Source: Callorhinchus milii (lineage: Eukaryota). From it: a DNA stretch of 64,000 bases. Below the pieces are notes generated by a model. That model was not told the origin of the DNA, made no database searches, and was given only the letters and a program-made list of their open reading frames with translations. Positions 38,839 to 51,914 of the stretch are shown in pieces; the stretch's first letter is position 1, and each line of letters begins with the position of its first letter. A program made the translations under genes and the position numbers. The stretch lies in NCBI RefSeq assembly GCF_018977255.1, contig NW_024704742.1, positions 93,560,001 through 93,624,000 of the forward strand, written 5' to 3'.

Positions 38839-41800
38839 GCTTGACTTCTTTATGAACATCCCCTTTAAAGCCTTCAACAAAGTATATTTTCCAACAAAAC
38901 ACACAGTCACTACACTTTACAGTATATCCTGTGAAACTCTAATAGACGTGAAAGGTGCTGAATCAAATGTAAGGAATATTATTATAGTAAACTGATAACT
39001 CAACCCTGGTTTAACTTGTCATTACTACTTAAGTCATCATACTGTCAACATCCCAGTGGCATATATTTATGCATTTATACATATGCCTAACTCGCTACTC
39101 TGGATAACTTGTCACTGAGCCCTTTTCCCTTGGAGTGACGAGTTATCAGGATTTACTGTATTATTTCTTCTACGTATAGATCGTATACACGTTGTTGTTG
39201 ACTGATGTTCCGTTCTCCTTTTGCCCAGCAGAACCATTATCAGCTGCTTTGGGGGGATAACAAATGTACATGACCAAAAGGAGGTGTTGGGGGGGTGCTG
39301 GTGGGGGGGAGGACATTTGCTAGCAAGCTCTAGCAAGCTTCCTGTTACTTTGGCCAAGAAGCAACTTTGTAAGTGTTTGTTCTCTCATAAAGACAAATGT
39401 GGATACAAAGGGTTAATTCTAGAGGGAGGGGAAGAGAGAGACAATAAAATGTTTCCAAAATAAACAAAACTCAGGGAAAAATCATGCAGCTAGAAAACAC
39501 AGTAATATTTCAGCGTGAATTCTTTTGAAGTGAACATTCATAACAAATGAAAAGCAAAAAAACATATTTTATAAGGCAGGGTATTCACGAAACAGGAATT
39601 GACTGTGGTCTAACAACCATTTTGTGACTTGTTTCTGGCTGACGTGTGAATACATACATAGAGGCATTTCCTTGTTGCAAGTCACCTACGGACATGTCTG
39701 AGGCTATGTGGGTGGGCAGCAGTAAAGACAGTGTCTCATCCTATTCAGGATGTGCCCTCTGCTGCCGCACTTGTTTCAGGGCTGGTTGTTTGTTATTTAA
39801 ATAAATAAACTGGTTACTGTCTGAGGTTGGCCATGAATGGCCGTGCTTTGAAAGCCTAGCGAGGGCCTGTGTTGCCCACCCACTAAGCCTAACCTTCAGC
39901 TAATCACTGAGCAAATGTTCTCAGTGTACCCCGGGCCGCCATCTGCACTCACTTTTCCAATTAGAAATCCCTTCCTGACAGCAGCATTACAGTCATGAAC
40001 CAAAATAGGAAGGATTGCCATTGCTCGCATTTCCTTTCTATTACCATCTTGCTGACTCGCGAGCAATTAGCAAAGTCGGACTTTGTTTCCTGTGTCCGCA
40101 TGTGGGTTAAAAGAAAACTTGTAATTTTCTGGAGATTACAGAAATAAACAACCACAGAGAGGTAAAAAATGTCTGGCGTCTCCTAAAAAGCTGGGTATAA
40201 TACATACAATCTCCCCCCCCAGCCCCAGCCTCCATTTGCAGTTCTTTAAAGAAATCAGTGTTCTTTCTGTTTGATAAATGGGTACAATTATCAATCTTAC
40301 TGTAGAGTTTTACTGTTAATTTTAAAGAAGGTTTAGTCACAGTGTTTCCATTCATTTTCTCAATAAATAACAAAGCGTAATCGAAAATGGTTGTCGTTTC
40401 ATGAGAAAACATGTACAGGGCAGAATTTCTGGCATTCTAAGGCAATAGGGAAGAATCTCATCCCCTAGCGATGGGATTGCAATTGATTAGGAACGTAGGA
40501 AAAGGAGTAGACCATTCAGCCCATCCAATCTGTTTCAAATCATTCTATTTGATCATGGAAACTCTTTTAATTCCATTTTCCATTTTCCTTCCTTAGCCCT
40601 TATACCATTGTTTCCCTCCAATTTATCTATTTTAAGTTCCCTATCTTATGTTGGCCCACAATGTACACAGTCACTCCACTTACAGTAAATTCTGTGAAGC
40701 GCTTTGAGACAACTTCCTGATGTGAAAAGGCGCTACACCATACGTAAGGATTATCAAACATCCCGATCGATTTTGCATCTACAGCTGTTGATGGCTGTGA
40801 ATTCCACACTCTCACAAGCCTCTATGTGAAGAAATGTTTTCTGATCTCACTTGCAACTGGCCCAGCTCTACTTTTCTTGTCCCCTTGATTTGGATTAATC
40901 AAAATATTACAATATAATGGAAAGAAATTCCAATTAGTGTGTTGGTCTGTCCCATCGAAGTTACTTGCAGGCAAAACATATGTTCGGCTGGTCCTTCTTC
41001 AGTCTTAATCTATACACGGTTCTTGGTAGAATTTCCCTGTTGTGGATTTATAGCATTTTTGGGGGGTTTATTTCAGATTTCTGAAACGTTTGCTTTGTCC
41101 TGCTACAGGTTATACACAGCCAATGCTATGGAGACTACTTGAAGCCATCTGTTTGACAGCACTAAGCCTGACATACTGCACAGATAAAAAGAAACACTGC
41201 AGATTCTGGAAATCAGTAATAAAAAAAACGGAAAACACTGCAAATCCACAGAAGGTCAATTGCATTTGAAAAAGGAGATTGGAGGGCAGGATTGTGCTGG
41301 AACAAAAAAGACCATTACATTCTGTTTAGCGGGTCTTGATTTTAAGTGACTTTTCCCCTTATCTCACCCAGCTCTCACTTCCCCTATCTCCTTCATCAGC
41401 AAAGCCGAACCCCCCCCACCATTCTGAGTCTGTGATGACAGCCCCTTGTTGTTGACCTTCTGACCATATTGAATGAGTTGTTAGAATCCAGCTTATCAAT
41501 ACTTTCAGCGTCCAGAACACTTCAATAAGAAAAGTGCTTTATTGTCTCCCCTCCAGCCCCGCAGTGCTTCTCCAATCTTTTCTCAAAGTTCTAGATGTCC
41601 AATCTAGAAATTTCCTGTAATTCTCTCGCAATGTAATAATTCAAAACTATTTGGGGAAAAAAAACTTAAGACTGATTTGGGGAAAATACACACCAAATTC
41701 CATAGACCTTTTTTATGTGGTGCAAAAATTTGCCATGTTAGTAGAGTACACTGCTTAATTATATTTCATTAAAGTATGATCAAAGTGGGGGGGGGGGTGT

Positions 41801-43735
41801 GTGGAAGGAGGTTAGGATAAATAGAGTTGAGGTCCAGGTCAGCCATGATCTAATAGAATGGTGGAACAGGCTCAAGGGGCTGAATAGCCTACTCCTGTTC
41901 CTATGTCAGAGCTTCATTATTTTCCTATTTAAGCTCCACCTTTTCAGAAGCTTTGAACACCTTTGCTATTTAATACACGGCTACTTGGCCTTGGCATTAA
42001 CAAGTTACAGGCCACTGTTCTGTTCAAGGAACCATCATGGCGGAACTATTTAGGCACTTCCTCACATGCCAGACTGGGATTGGCTCTGTTGATTCCCACT
42101 TGCTGAAAGTCTTTAAGAAAGATATATGTCCCTCCCAGAATATTTGAGCATTATTTAACCAGTGGAAAAGAATTGGTGAATTAATGTGAAATCTTTCAAT
42201 TTTTGGCTTCGAGCATTTTGGGCCACACATATACTAATTTAGTCACCTACAGCTATACTTTCTCCAAAGACAAGGAATATATAATTCAGACATACACTGT
42301 ACTCTTGATCAAAGGGAGGATTTCACAACTCCTCTGGAATCCTCACAAGGACATCCATCTCTGAACCACCATACGTACCTGAGAGACCATTCAAATTCAA
42401 CAAAAAAAATCAGAGTAAAGTTATCCTACTAAGCATTTTCCAATGGTGATTCGGATCTGTGTCGGAACCTGTGTGGGTGTAGACCAGTCAATAAGTTAAG
42501 ATCATAACTGGTCCAGTTTTCAGTTTCCAACTACGTGTTCATTGAGAAAGCGCAGGTTGCAATTTTCACCTTCTTTATTGCCATAATTTGAATACTTGAT
42601 TCAGTATCCGGTCATGAACTTAGAACAAAAACTATCACCACAGGAGCTTCCAACTGACCAGCCAGCAAACTAAGGGTTAAAGCTAATAAGTCTTTAACAG
42701 CACAGTATATTTGTTGTTTATATTACTGCAGGAATCTGAAACAGAGCAAGGTCTTTATGTGTTTTAGGATTAAATAACAGCTCTGATTTACTGTTCCTCC
42801 CTGGTAACCAGGTGAAGACCTTCCGCATCTGTGCTATTTTCTTTTATGATACAGATAGGAAGCAGAGGTATATACAGCAACATTTAATAAGGTGCATAAT
42901 ACAGCTGACTGACATACACCAGGCAAAGTCTACTGCTAACTTCACGTCACACTCGTGTTTGCCTACATTATTCATTAATAACGTGGCCTTAGAAATTATA
43001 CCTCCCTGTTGCTTATCCAGCTAAGACCACGCTATTATTTAGCACTGGTTAGTAGGGACTGAACTGAGTGGGAAGATTCCCTACCCCCAGAGGGCGTTCT
43101 CCTTTAAGTCCTGCTGAAAACCAGGCTGGCTGGTCCATTATCAACAGTGCTTTGGAGTACTATGGGTCATGCTAGGGCAGTAACCAGACTATTGATTGAC
43201 TTGATTTTGATATTCTATTTCTCAGCACATCACTCTGGAGTCAGCTCGGCTCCAACGACCCCGCTTGCCTCCACCTCAAGACGTATAGTCACAAGTTGGA
43301 TGCTACAACATCTCAACAAGTGCAGGTTTAAGACCTTGCTAGTAGGTACCAGGGACTCTTTACGAGCCACATTATCATACAGTTGCAGACATGTTTGAAT
43401 GGATTCATTTCTGCAAACTGTGTAACAAAGTGATTCGCAGGATGGAGTGATTAGTTCCATCTAACCCAGCCTCCTGTTGAGAGCTTGCCCAGGTTAGACA
43501 GATCTTTATAGCAACCTGTGTGCCTCCCAGGAGCAGAGGCTTCAAGTGTACACCTTGCTGACATTTCTACCTGGTTCCCAAGTCAGTGGTTTAACTGATG
43601 GGTTAAATCTAGCCCTTGTCAGCTACAAATTATACCTGACAGTTTTGTGTATACAATAGACATTAACACAGCACATCTCTGAACAAATTTAAATCAAATG
43701 GCAATTGTATGGTCAGGAAAATTAGCTGTAACTGT

Positions 43736-44650
43736 TTCATAGAATCATAGAATTATACAACACAGAAGGAGGCCATCCGGCCCATCGTGTCCGTGCTGGC
43801 TCTTTGAAAAGAGCTATTCAATTCAATCCCACTCCCCCGCTCTCTCCCCATAGCTCTGCAAACTTGTCCTCCCCAAATAATTATCTACTTCTCTCTTAAA
43901 TGTTGTTATCAAATCGGCTTCCACCACACTTTCAGGAAATACATTCCAGATCCGAACAACTTGCTGTGTAAAAAAAATTCTTCTCACCTCCCCTCTGTTT
44001 CTTTTAACAACTATTTTAAATTGGTGTCCTCGGGTTAACGACCACCCGCCAGTGGAAATAGTTTCTCTTTGTTCACCCTATTGAATCCCCTCATAATTTT
44101 GAAAACTTCCATTAAGTCTCCTCTTAACCTTCTCTGCTCCAAGGAGAATAATCCTAGCTTCACTAACCTCTCCTGATAACTGAAGTTCCTCATTCCTGGT
44201 ACCATCCTGGTAAATCTCCTTTGCACCCTCTCCAATGCCTTATCATCCTTCCTAAAGTGTGGTGCCCAGAACTGAACACAGTCTCTAGATGTGGCCTAAC
44301 CAGTGTTTTATAAAGGTTTATCATAACTTCCTTACTTTTGTATTCTATGCCCCCATTTATAAATCCTAGTATCCCGTATGCTTTTTTAACAGCTTTATCT
44401 ACCTGTCTTGCCACCTTCAAAGATTTACATATATGAACCCCCAGGTCTCTCTGTTCCTTCACCCTCTTTAAGATTCTGTCATCAGCTTATATTCCCTCTC
44501 CTCATTCTTCCTCCCAAAATCATCACCACATTTATCCACATTAAGCTTCATCTTCCATGGGTTTGTCCATTTTACCAGTCTCTCTATGTCCATTTGCAGT
44601 CTGCTACTATCCTCCTCACTGTTTACTACTTTTCCTAGTTTGATATATGT
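43736..44650 (-). mobile_element. 5'-truncated CR1 LINE
   Basis: ERVQRRFTRMVPGMR...RRLRGDLMEVFK and LYKTLVRPHLE; (ATTCTATG)n tail at ~43736-43753. Confidence 0.92.
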
Positions 44651-45224
44651 TAAACTAATTGAAGGGATAAAGCTAATCTGTGAATGTCTTTTGCTTTGAA
44701 CCTGTTGCAATATTGGACTGAGCAAAGTAGAACAGTTGGCAAAACACCAGAGAGATTCTTCATTACTTTTAAATTGGTTAACACATGCCTAGCAGGGACA
44801 AATATAGCCAATCCCACCAGATTATATGGGCCAGATGGAATTTGTCTCAAGCGCGTTGCCCAAGGATGACGCATTTCTCAATTTATTTTTCCAAAAGATC
44901 AATATTTCCCATTAAACTGGGCAGATTGGTTTTCCATTTTCCCTGTAACTTTTTGTTCTGTGTTTGTTGCTGTGTTGTAGTTCTAATTTTAGCATTTTAA
45001 AAACTGGTAATGTATCTAATTAGATTTCCAATTCTTCCCCACAGTTGCCTCGCGGTCCTGGTCTTCTCCTGGTCCCCAAGCTCCTAGTGCTGGAGTATAG
45101 ATCCACATGAGCTGGTACCCCATCCCAGTGGCCATTATTCACGTGTGAGCCTTGCTATTGAGTGTTGGAGGGCATCACAACCAAGCCTGAGCCTCTTCTC
45201 ATTTGGCTGCCACAAAGACAGTGA

Positions 45225-45238
45225 CCAGTAGATGGTGC
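45225..45238 (+). promoter_or_regulatory. CTCF-like motif
   Basis: CCAGTAGATGGTGC. Confidence 0.35.
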
Positions 45239-45599
45239 TGTAGAGAGATGAGGAATCCTGGCTGTTTTGATTGCACTATTTTGTTTCCTCTATTGATGCT
45301 CCTGGGTGAGCTCTCGGGTCAGTAGCTCGAGCATCCTGCAAGACCAAAGTATCCCTTCCACCTGGGCAAATAAACAAGACATTTGTTAGGTTTGGCCTGA
45401 CTTCCTACTTAGGCCAGGATTTGCAGTAATGAGCAATATGCTCATGACATGATCTGATTCAAATGTTTAGAATAATGAAGAGAATTGATAAATTACGCAA
45501 GGGACAACTCCTTTTCTCTGAAAGAGGGAACCAAAAAAATGACATAATCTTCTAATCAAGCTGAGCCCATTAGAATTGAGATCAGAAAACATTTGCTCC

Positions 45600-48020
45600 T
45601 ACAACAACAGCAACAACAACAAAATTACATTTATAGAGCGTCTTTCACGTCGAGAGGACTTCCCAAAGCGCTGAACAGTCAAGTGTCGAGGTCCGAGCAT
45701 GGGGAGGGGTGGTGTAGGGGTGAGGGAAGGCAAAGAGGTGGGAGGGAGACCAAAGGCACGGTCGAAGAGAAGGGTCTTGAGACTGGCCTTGAAGGAGGCA
45801 AGGAAGGAAGCGAGGCGAAGGGACCGTGAGTTGGTGTCCCAGAGTGTGGGGGAAGAGAGGCTGAAAGCCCGGCCACCGATGGTAGGGCGGATTGGGCGGA
45901 AGACATGGAGCAGCCCGGAGCCCGATGAACAGAGGGAGCGGGCAGGTTGTTAGTGAGTCAGCAGGTCAGAGAGGTAGGAGGGGGCAAGGCCATGGATGGC
46001 CTTAAAGGTGAGGACGAGGATCTTGAACTCGATCCTCTGGGGAAAGGGGAGCCAGTGGAGTTGGGCGAGGGTGGGAGTGATGGGGTCACGGAGCCTGGTG
46101 CATGAGAGTACATGAGCTGCAGAGTTTTGGATGATCTGCAGCCCGTGAAGGGAAGAGTTGGCAAGGCCGATGAGAAGGGAGTTCCCATTATCGAGCCTTG
46201 AGGTGATGAATGCATGGGTGAGGGTTTCGGCAGTCTGAAGGGTGAGGCAGTGGTGGAGTCTGGCAATGTTATGGAGGTGGTGGTAGGCAGTACAGGTCAT
46301 GGCGCAGATGTAGGGGAGAAAGGACAGTTCAGGGTCAAACAAGACACCCAGGTTCCTGACTGGCTTAGTGAGGTTGAGTGTGCAGCCGTGGAGGCTGATG
46401 CTGCCAGCACCTGAGGTGCGGAGGTGCTGGTGCGATCCAATCAGGAGGGCCTCGGTCTTGCTGATGTTGAGTTGGAGAAAATTGTCCCTCATCCAGGACT
46501 TGATGTCGGACATGCAGTCAGTCAGGACGCCAATCGTGCTGGAGTTCAGGGTGGAGGCAGAGAGGTAGAGTTGAGTGTCATCCGCATACATGTGGAAATT
46601 TACCCCATGTCTGCGGATGACGTCACCTGGGGGGAGCACGTAGAGGGTGAAGAGGAGGGACCGAGGACAGAGCCCTGAGGAACACCACACGAGACGGTGT
46701 GGGGGCTGAAGGAGAAGATGTTTGCCGCGACAAAGTGGAGGTGGTGTGAAAGGTAGGACCTGAACCAGTCAAGGACAGAACCTTGAAGGTTGAGGTAGGA
46801 GTAGAGGCGGTGGAGGAGGATTGAGTGGTCCACGGTATCAAAGACGGTGGAGAGGTCGAGGAAGACGAGGAGGCAGAGAAAGCCCTGGTCACACATGGTC
46901 AGGATGTTGTTTGTGACCTTGACCAGAGACAACACGAAAACCCGATTGGAGAAGTTCATGGAGGGAGTGAGAGGAGAAGAAAAAGTGAAGCTGGGAGGCA
47001 CCGGCTCTCTCAAGGACCTTGGATAGGAAGGGGAGATTAGAGATGGGCCGGCAGCTAGATAGCTGTGACGGGTCAAGGGAGGGTTTCTTCAAGGTGGGGG
47101 TGATAGTGGCTGTTTTGAGGGGGGAAAGGAACAGTGCCAGATGACAGGGAGAGGTTAATGATATCGGCGAGTAGTGGGGCAAGGAGGTGGAGCTGGGATT
47201 TAAGGAAAGGGGTAGGGATAGGGTCGAGGGAGCAGGTGGTGGACTTCATGGAGGTTACCGTGTTGAAGACAGAGGAGGGGGTGACAGGTTCAAAGGTGTG
47301 GAGGGAGGGATGGGTAATTGTCGGATGGGTAATTGTGTGGGGTGGGGTAGGGAGGGGGTGGAAGTTGGGGGGGCAGTGGCAGCTGAGCAGATTCCCTTGA
47401 TTTTGGACTTGAGGAAGTCCAGCATTTTCTCGCAATGAGAATCAGAGGAAAGTGTCTGCGAGGCATGTCGGGGAGGGTGGAGGAGCCGGTTAGTGGTGGA
47501 GAACAGGAGCCTGGGATTGCCTTTCACCTCCAGGATTAACCTGGAATAGAAGGATGATTTGGCTGAGGCGAGAGCAGAACGGTAGTTCTTGATGAGGTCC
47601 AGCCAGATGTGGCAGTGGACAATTAGGCTGGATTTGAGCCAAGTGCGTTCGGCAGCCCGCACCTGGCCCTTAAACAAGCGGAGGTGGCTGGTGAACCAGG
47701 GTGAGGATCGGGAATAGGAGGCAGTTCGGGAGGTGAGGGGGGCAAGAACGTTGAGTGCGTTGGAGATGGTGCTGTGGAGATTAGTGAGTGCAGCGAATGG
47801 GTTGTTGCAAGAGGTGGGGCAGAGGGGGAGGAGATCAGAGGACTCCAGGGCAGCGGAGAGGTATTGCGGGGAGATCTTCTTCCACGGGCGGTAGAAGATG
47901 GTGATAGGTTTGGAGGCAGTGGGGAGAGGGATATGGGAGTTGAGGGAGATGAAGTGGTGGTCAGAGATGACCTCGTCAGTGATGGTGACATCCAAGACAC
48001 TGAGGCCACGGGTGATCAAT
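45600..48020 (-). mobile_element. L2 LINE, ~2.4 kb of ORF2 (endonuclease end + RT) and 3' tail, frameshifted
   Basis: ISDHHFI, SPWFT, TCSLDPIPT, RPISNLPFLSKVLE, LDLSTVFDTVDH, GVPQGSVLGP, MYADDTQLY, LHWLPFPQRIEFK; (GTT)n tail. Confidence 0.95.
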
Positions 48021-48184
48021 CCTACCGAGGATTGTGCGGCTGTACTGCCTCAGAAGGTTGTAAAGACAGAATCAATCAAGTTTTTTTTTTAAAAATGGAG
48101 ATAAACACTGGGAGTTACAGGAAGAAAGGTGGATACATTAGATTAAAAGATCTGCCATGATTTTAATAAATGGTGGAATAATTT

Positions 48185-48393
48185 TGTTTTGTTTTTTGAT
48201 TAGCTGGGTATCTGACACATGCGGAAACTCATTCACCATGTTTAAGAGCATCCAAGCCAAACTGAGAATTCCCACCTACACATGGAAATTGCAGAGATAG
48301 GTTGTTGGAATGGAAGGCACACTCTCTCTCTCTGGAGGGACTCATCCTGCTTACCTAATTCCAGAAAGTATTAGACGCAGGTTGGCAAGAGCC
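48185..48393 (-). mobile_element. Unclassified interspersed repeat, copy 3
   Basis: Homologous to 23896-24220. Confidence 0.75.
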
Positions 48394-49094
48394 AGAAATT
48401 GGGAGCAAACTGGTGGAATGAGTTTGATGGGCTAAATGTCCCTCTCCTATTCTTGTATTCCTTTGAAAATATTTTTAAAATAAACCTCTGCAACACTATC
48501 CCTTTCACGAGTTATAACATTGTCAAAATAAATAATTGGAGAAGTAAATGGTTATTTTTTTACAGGGGCCTTGTGGGGTTGCTAACATTTTATAGGAGTC
48601 ATATCTGCTTTTTTTTGGAAAAAAAATGTGCTCCTTTAATTGCACATATCTGTAATGTACACATAATATTTCACTTTTATTTATTTAGTGTTTAACATAA
48701 CCTCCAAGATTCACATGAATGCCTGGCAAAAAAAAGTATCAAAATTCTCAATCTGTTAAGTTCTGAATCCATAAAGATGACCTTTCAGAGGTTGAGCTCT
48801 GTATGGGTCACTAGACTAGATATGGAGAACATATGAAAGGGAAATGACTTTCTCGGTCCAGCATTATGTCTTCATGTTTATTGTCTCCATACTTCAGGGA
48901 TTTATTGATGACTGACCAGCCAGCCTGGCTTGTCAGCAGGACTTAGAGAAACAGACCAGTCACGAGGGAGCTGGGATACTTCCCACTTAGCTCCTGATAA
49001 CCTGATAGACAAAGCCGTAACAGATAGAATAGTCTTAGCTGGACAGGCAGAGGAAAACTTGCCAGTGTTTGTAACGCTGAACTGCGAGGATTTT

Positions 49095-49470
49095 ATAATA
49101 ATAATAATCCTTGCATTTGCTATAGCGCTTTTCACGTCTTCTAGATGTCTCAAAGCGCTTCACAGAATATACTGTAAAGGTAGTTGATTGTATATTTGTG
49201 GGCGAAATGCAGCAGCCAATTGGGCACAGCAGTATCCCACAAACAGTCGCGGATTGAGTAACCAAATTATTATTGTTTCTTTTTTTGAAGGATTATTACC
49301 CCCGGAAAAGCAATCCCCAATTGACTAACAACCGGGTTCCTACTTACTGCTAGGTAAATAGAGCTGTGTGGAGCAAGGAAACTTGCCCAACATTTCACCC
49401 TGCCGGGAATCGAACCCAGGTCTCTCGCTTGTGAGACGAGTGCTCTAACCACTGAGCTACAGAACTCCAC
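49095..49470 (-). mobile_element. tRNA SINE, long subfamily, full length
   Basis: Head with GGTTCGATTCC B box, extra internal segment, (ATT)n tail. Confidence 0.9.
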
Positions 49471-50429
49471 AATAGTTTGATAGGATAAAAGGGTACAATT
49501 TTTGTTAAACTCGAAGAAACATCCCTATTACGTAATTTGGGCCCCCAAGTCATGGCTCTTGCCAACATGCACTTAAACTCTCCTGGATTAGGTAAACAGA
49601 GAGCGAGTGTGAGCTCCATAGTGGAATATGTGTATCCTCCTGTAGTTTGGTGTAAAGTCTCTTAAGCAGGGTCATGGGTTTCCACATGTATCAAATAATA
49701 TGGTAACTAACTCCCACCCCTCTGTAAACCTTTTAATGTTGAATATCGAATAGAGCATATAACTCTTTGGTATAAATATACAGAAGTAAATTCTCTCCTC
49801 CAGATCTGGAGTGGTTTAGATTTGCATTTATACTTTTGGGGTTGGGAGAGGATTAATTGTACGTCAATGTTCATGAATTTAAATGAAAACAAACAGTTAG
49901 AACAGCTGAAATGCATCTTCATTTATTGTACATCAATGAAAGGCCATCAGTTCAATACTTAAATATATCACAAAATAAACCATTCTACAGAACTTTGTTT
50001 TTTTTAAAAAAATTGTACAAAGTAAACATTACTCTCAGGATAAAAGGGTACAAATTTGTGAAGAGCAGAGTGCTGGGAATCTGCCCGCAACTTTGCTGAA
50101 CCACAAAATGGAAACATTTGGAAAGAGGTTTTGATGAGGGGAGTCATCTTCCTCTCATGATATAAATCGAAAATAATACTATGATTTTATGAAGCTAATA
50201 ATCAGAGTAATAATCACATACAGTATTTATGTGATTCGGACAATCTATGTGAGGGTGTCCTTTCATTTGGTCTTCATCTCCATTTTTGGTTTTATTCTTC
50301 ATCTCTCTATTCCCCCCTTTTTATCCTTCATTTGAACTCCCTGTAGCCAGCAATGTTCCTCCACTGGAAGCAATAGAGCAGCAGGAACTAGGGAAAACAT
50401 GTTCAAATATCTGTTCAATGCTTACTGAT

Positions 50430-51655
50430 TGATTCCTGAATGAGAGATAACTTTCTCCAGCTGAATGTCGACAATACAGATACTCTCTTGCTTGGCCTTG
50501 CTCAGTGACTTCTCACCTCAGGCGCTGACATCAATCTACAGGAGTCCTGTAGCTCAGTGGTTAGAGCACTCGCTTTGCAAGCGAGAGACCTGAGTTCAAT
50601 TCCAGGCAGGGCGAAACCTTGGGCAAGTTTCCTTACTCCACACGCCTAATAATAATCCCTCCAAAACAAAACCAAAAACAATAATTAAATTGGTCATTTT
50701 CAATCTACGACTGTTTGTGGGACATTGCTGTGCGCAATTGGCTGCCGCGTTCGCCCACAAATATACAGTCAATTCACTTTACAGTGTGTTCTGTGAAGCG
50801 CTTTGGGACGTCCTCCTGACGTGAAAATCGCTATATCAAATGCAAGGATTATTATTATTATTATTATTACACGGATGCACTCTCCACCTCACAGAGCCAG
50901 TGCAGAACCTGTTCAAAACACAAAATACTGCAGATACTCCCAGCATCTGTTGAACCTGTTTGACTTGTTCGACTCTCAACTGTCCTTTAAATCCCACATC
51001 TGTGCCCTGATCCGTTCAGCTTTTCCCCACCTCAGCAACATTGCCTGTCTCCACCACTACATCTCCCCTCAGGCCACCGAGGCCCTTTTATCCATGCTTT
51101 TGTCATGTCCAGGCCTGCTAATGCAATTCTCTGCTCACTGGGTTTCCCAACTCTTCTTTCCACAAGCTACAGGCCATTCAGAAATCTGTAGCTCGTGTCC
51201 TTTCCCAGACTAGGCTTCAACCCTATCCTAGCCTGGCTCCACTGACTTCCCGTCCCCAAAGGAATTGAGTTCAATTTTTGATTACCTCCATGAACATGCC
51301 CTCCCTCACCTCTGCAAGTTTCTTAAACCACCAGCCCACGTGCTCCCTCCACTCAGCATGTACTGGCCTGGTTCATGTCCCCTCAGCCTGCCCACCTTCA
51401 ACCTTTCTGCCGCCATTCTCTGGAACTCTATTCCAGAGTCCCTTTGTCTCGCTGCTTCCCTTGCCTCCTTCAAGGTCAGTCTCAAGACCTTGCTTTTGGA
51501 GTGTGCCTTCGGTCAACAACAGCAACTTGCATTTATATTGCGTCCTCCACGCAGGGCGATGTCTCAGAGGGCTTAACAATGGTGGAGCCCAAGGCTGAGC
51601 CAGGGGGAGGGGGAAAATGACAGTCAAAGGGGAAGGAGGGGGCGAAAGAGGAATA
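50430..51655 (+). mobile_element. Degraded L2 fragment interrupted by a young full-length tRNA SINE (50541-50868), followed by an opposite-strand L2 tail
   Basis: L2 motifs ctccagctgaatgtc, FDSQLSFKSHI, LWNSIP; SINE with intact head and tail. Confidence 0.85.
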
Positions 51656-51656
51656 T

Positions 51657-51914
51657 AATAATAATAATCCTTGCATTTGATATAGCACTTTTCACGTCGG
51701 GAGGACGTCCCAAAGCGCTTCACAGAACACACTGTAAAGTGAATTGACTGGATATTTGTGGGCGAACGCGGCAGCCAATTGCGCACAGCAGTGTCCCACA
51801 AACAGTCGTAGATTGAAAATGACCAATTTATTATTGTTTTTGTTTTTGGAGGGATTATTATTAGGCGTGTGGAGTAAGGAAACTTGCCCAAGGTTTCGCC
51901 CTGCCTGGAATTGA
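51657..51914 (-). mobile_element. Young tRNA SINE truncated within its B box by the inverted-duplication junction
   Basis: Ends at CCTGGAATTGA|TCAGGG; head missing. Confidence 0.9.

Noticed and set aside
50541..50615. Genuine tRNA-Ala/Val genes
   Set aside because: Every copy continues into a shared ~250-nt SINE body and tail, and stems contain mismatches.
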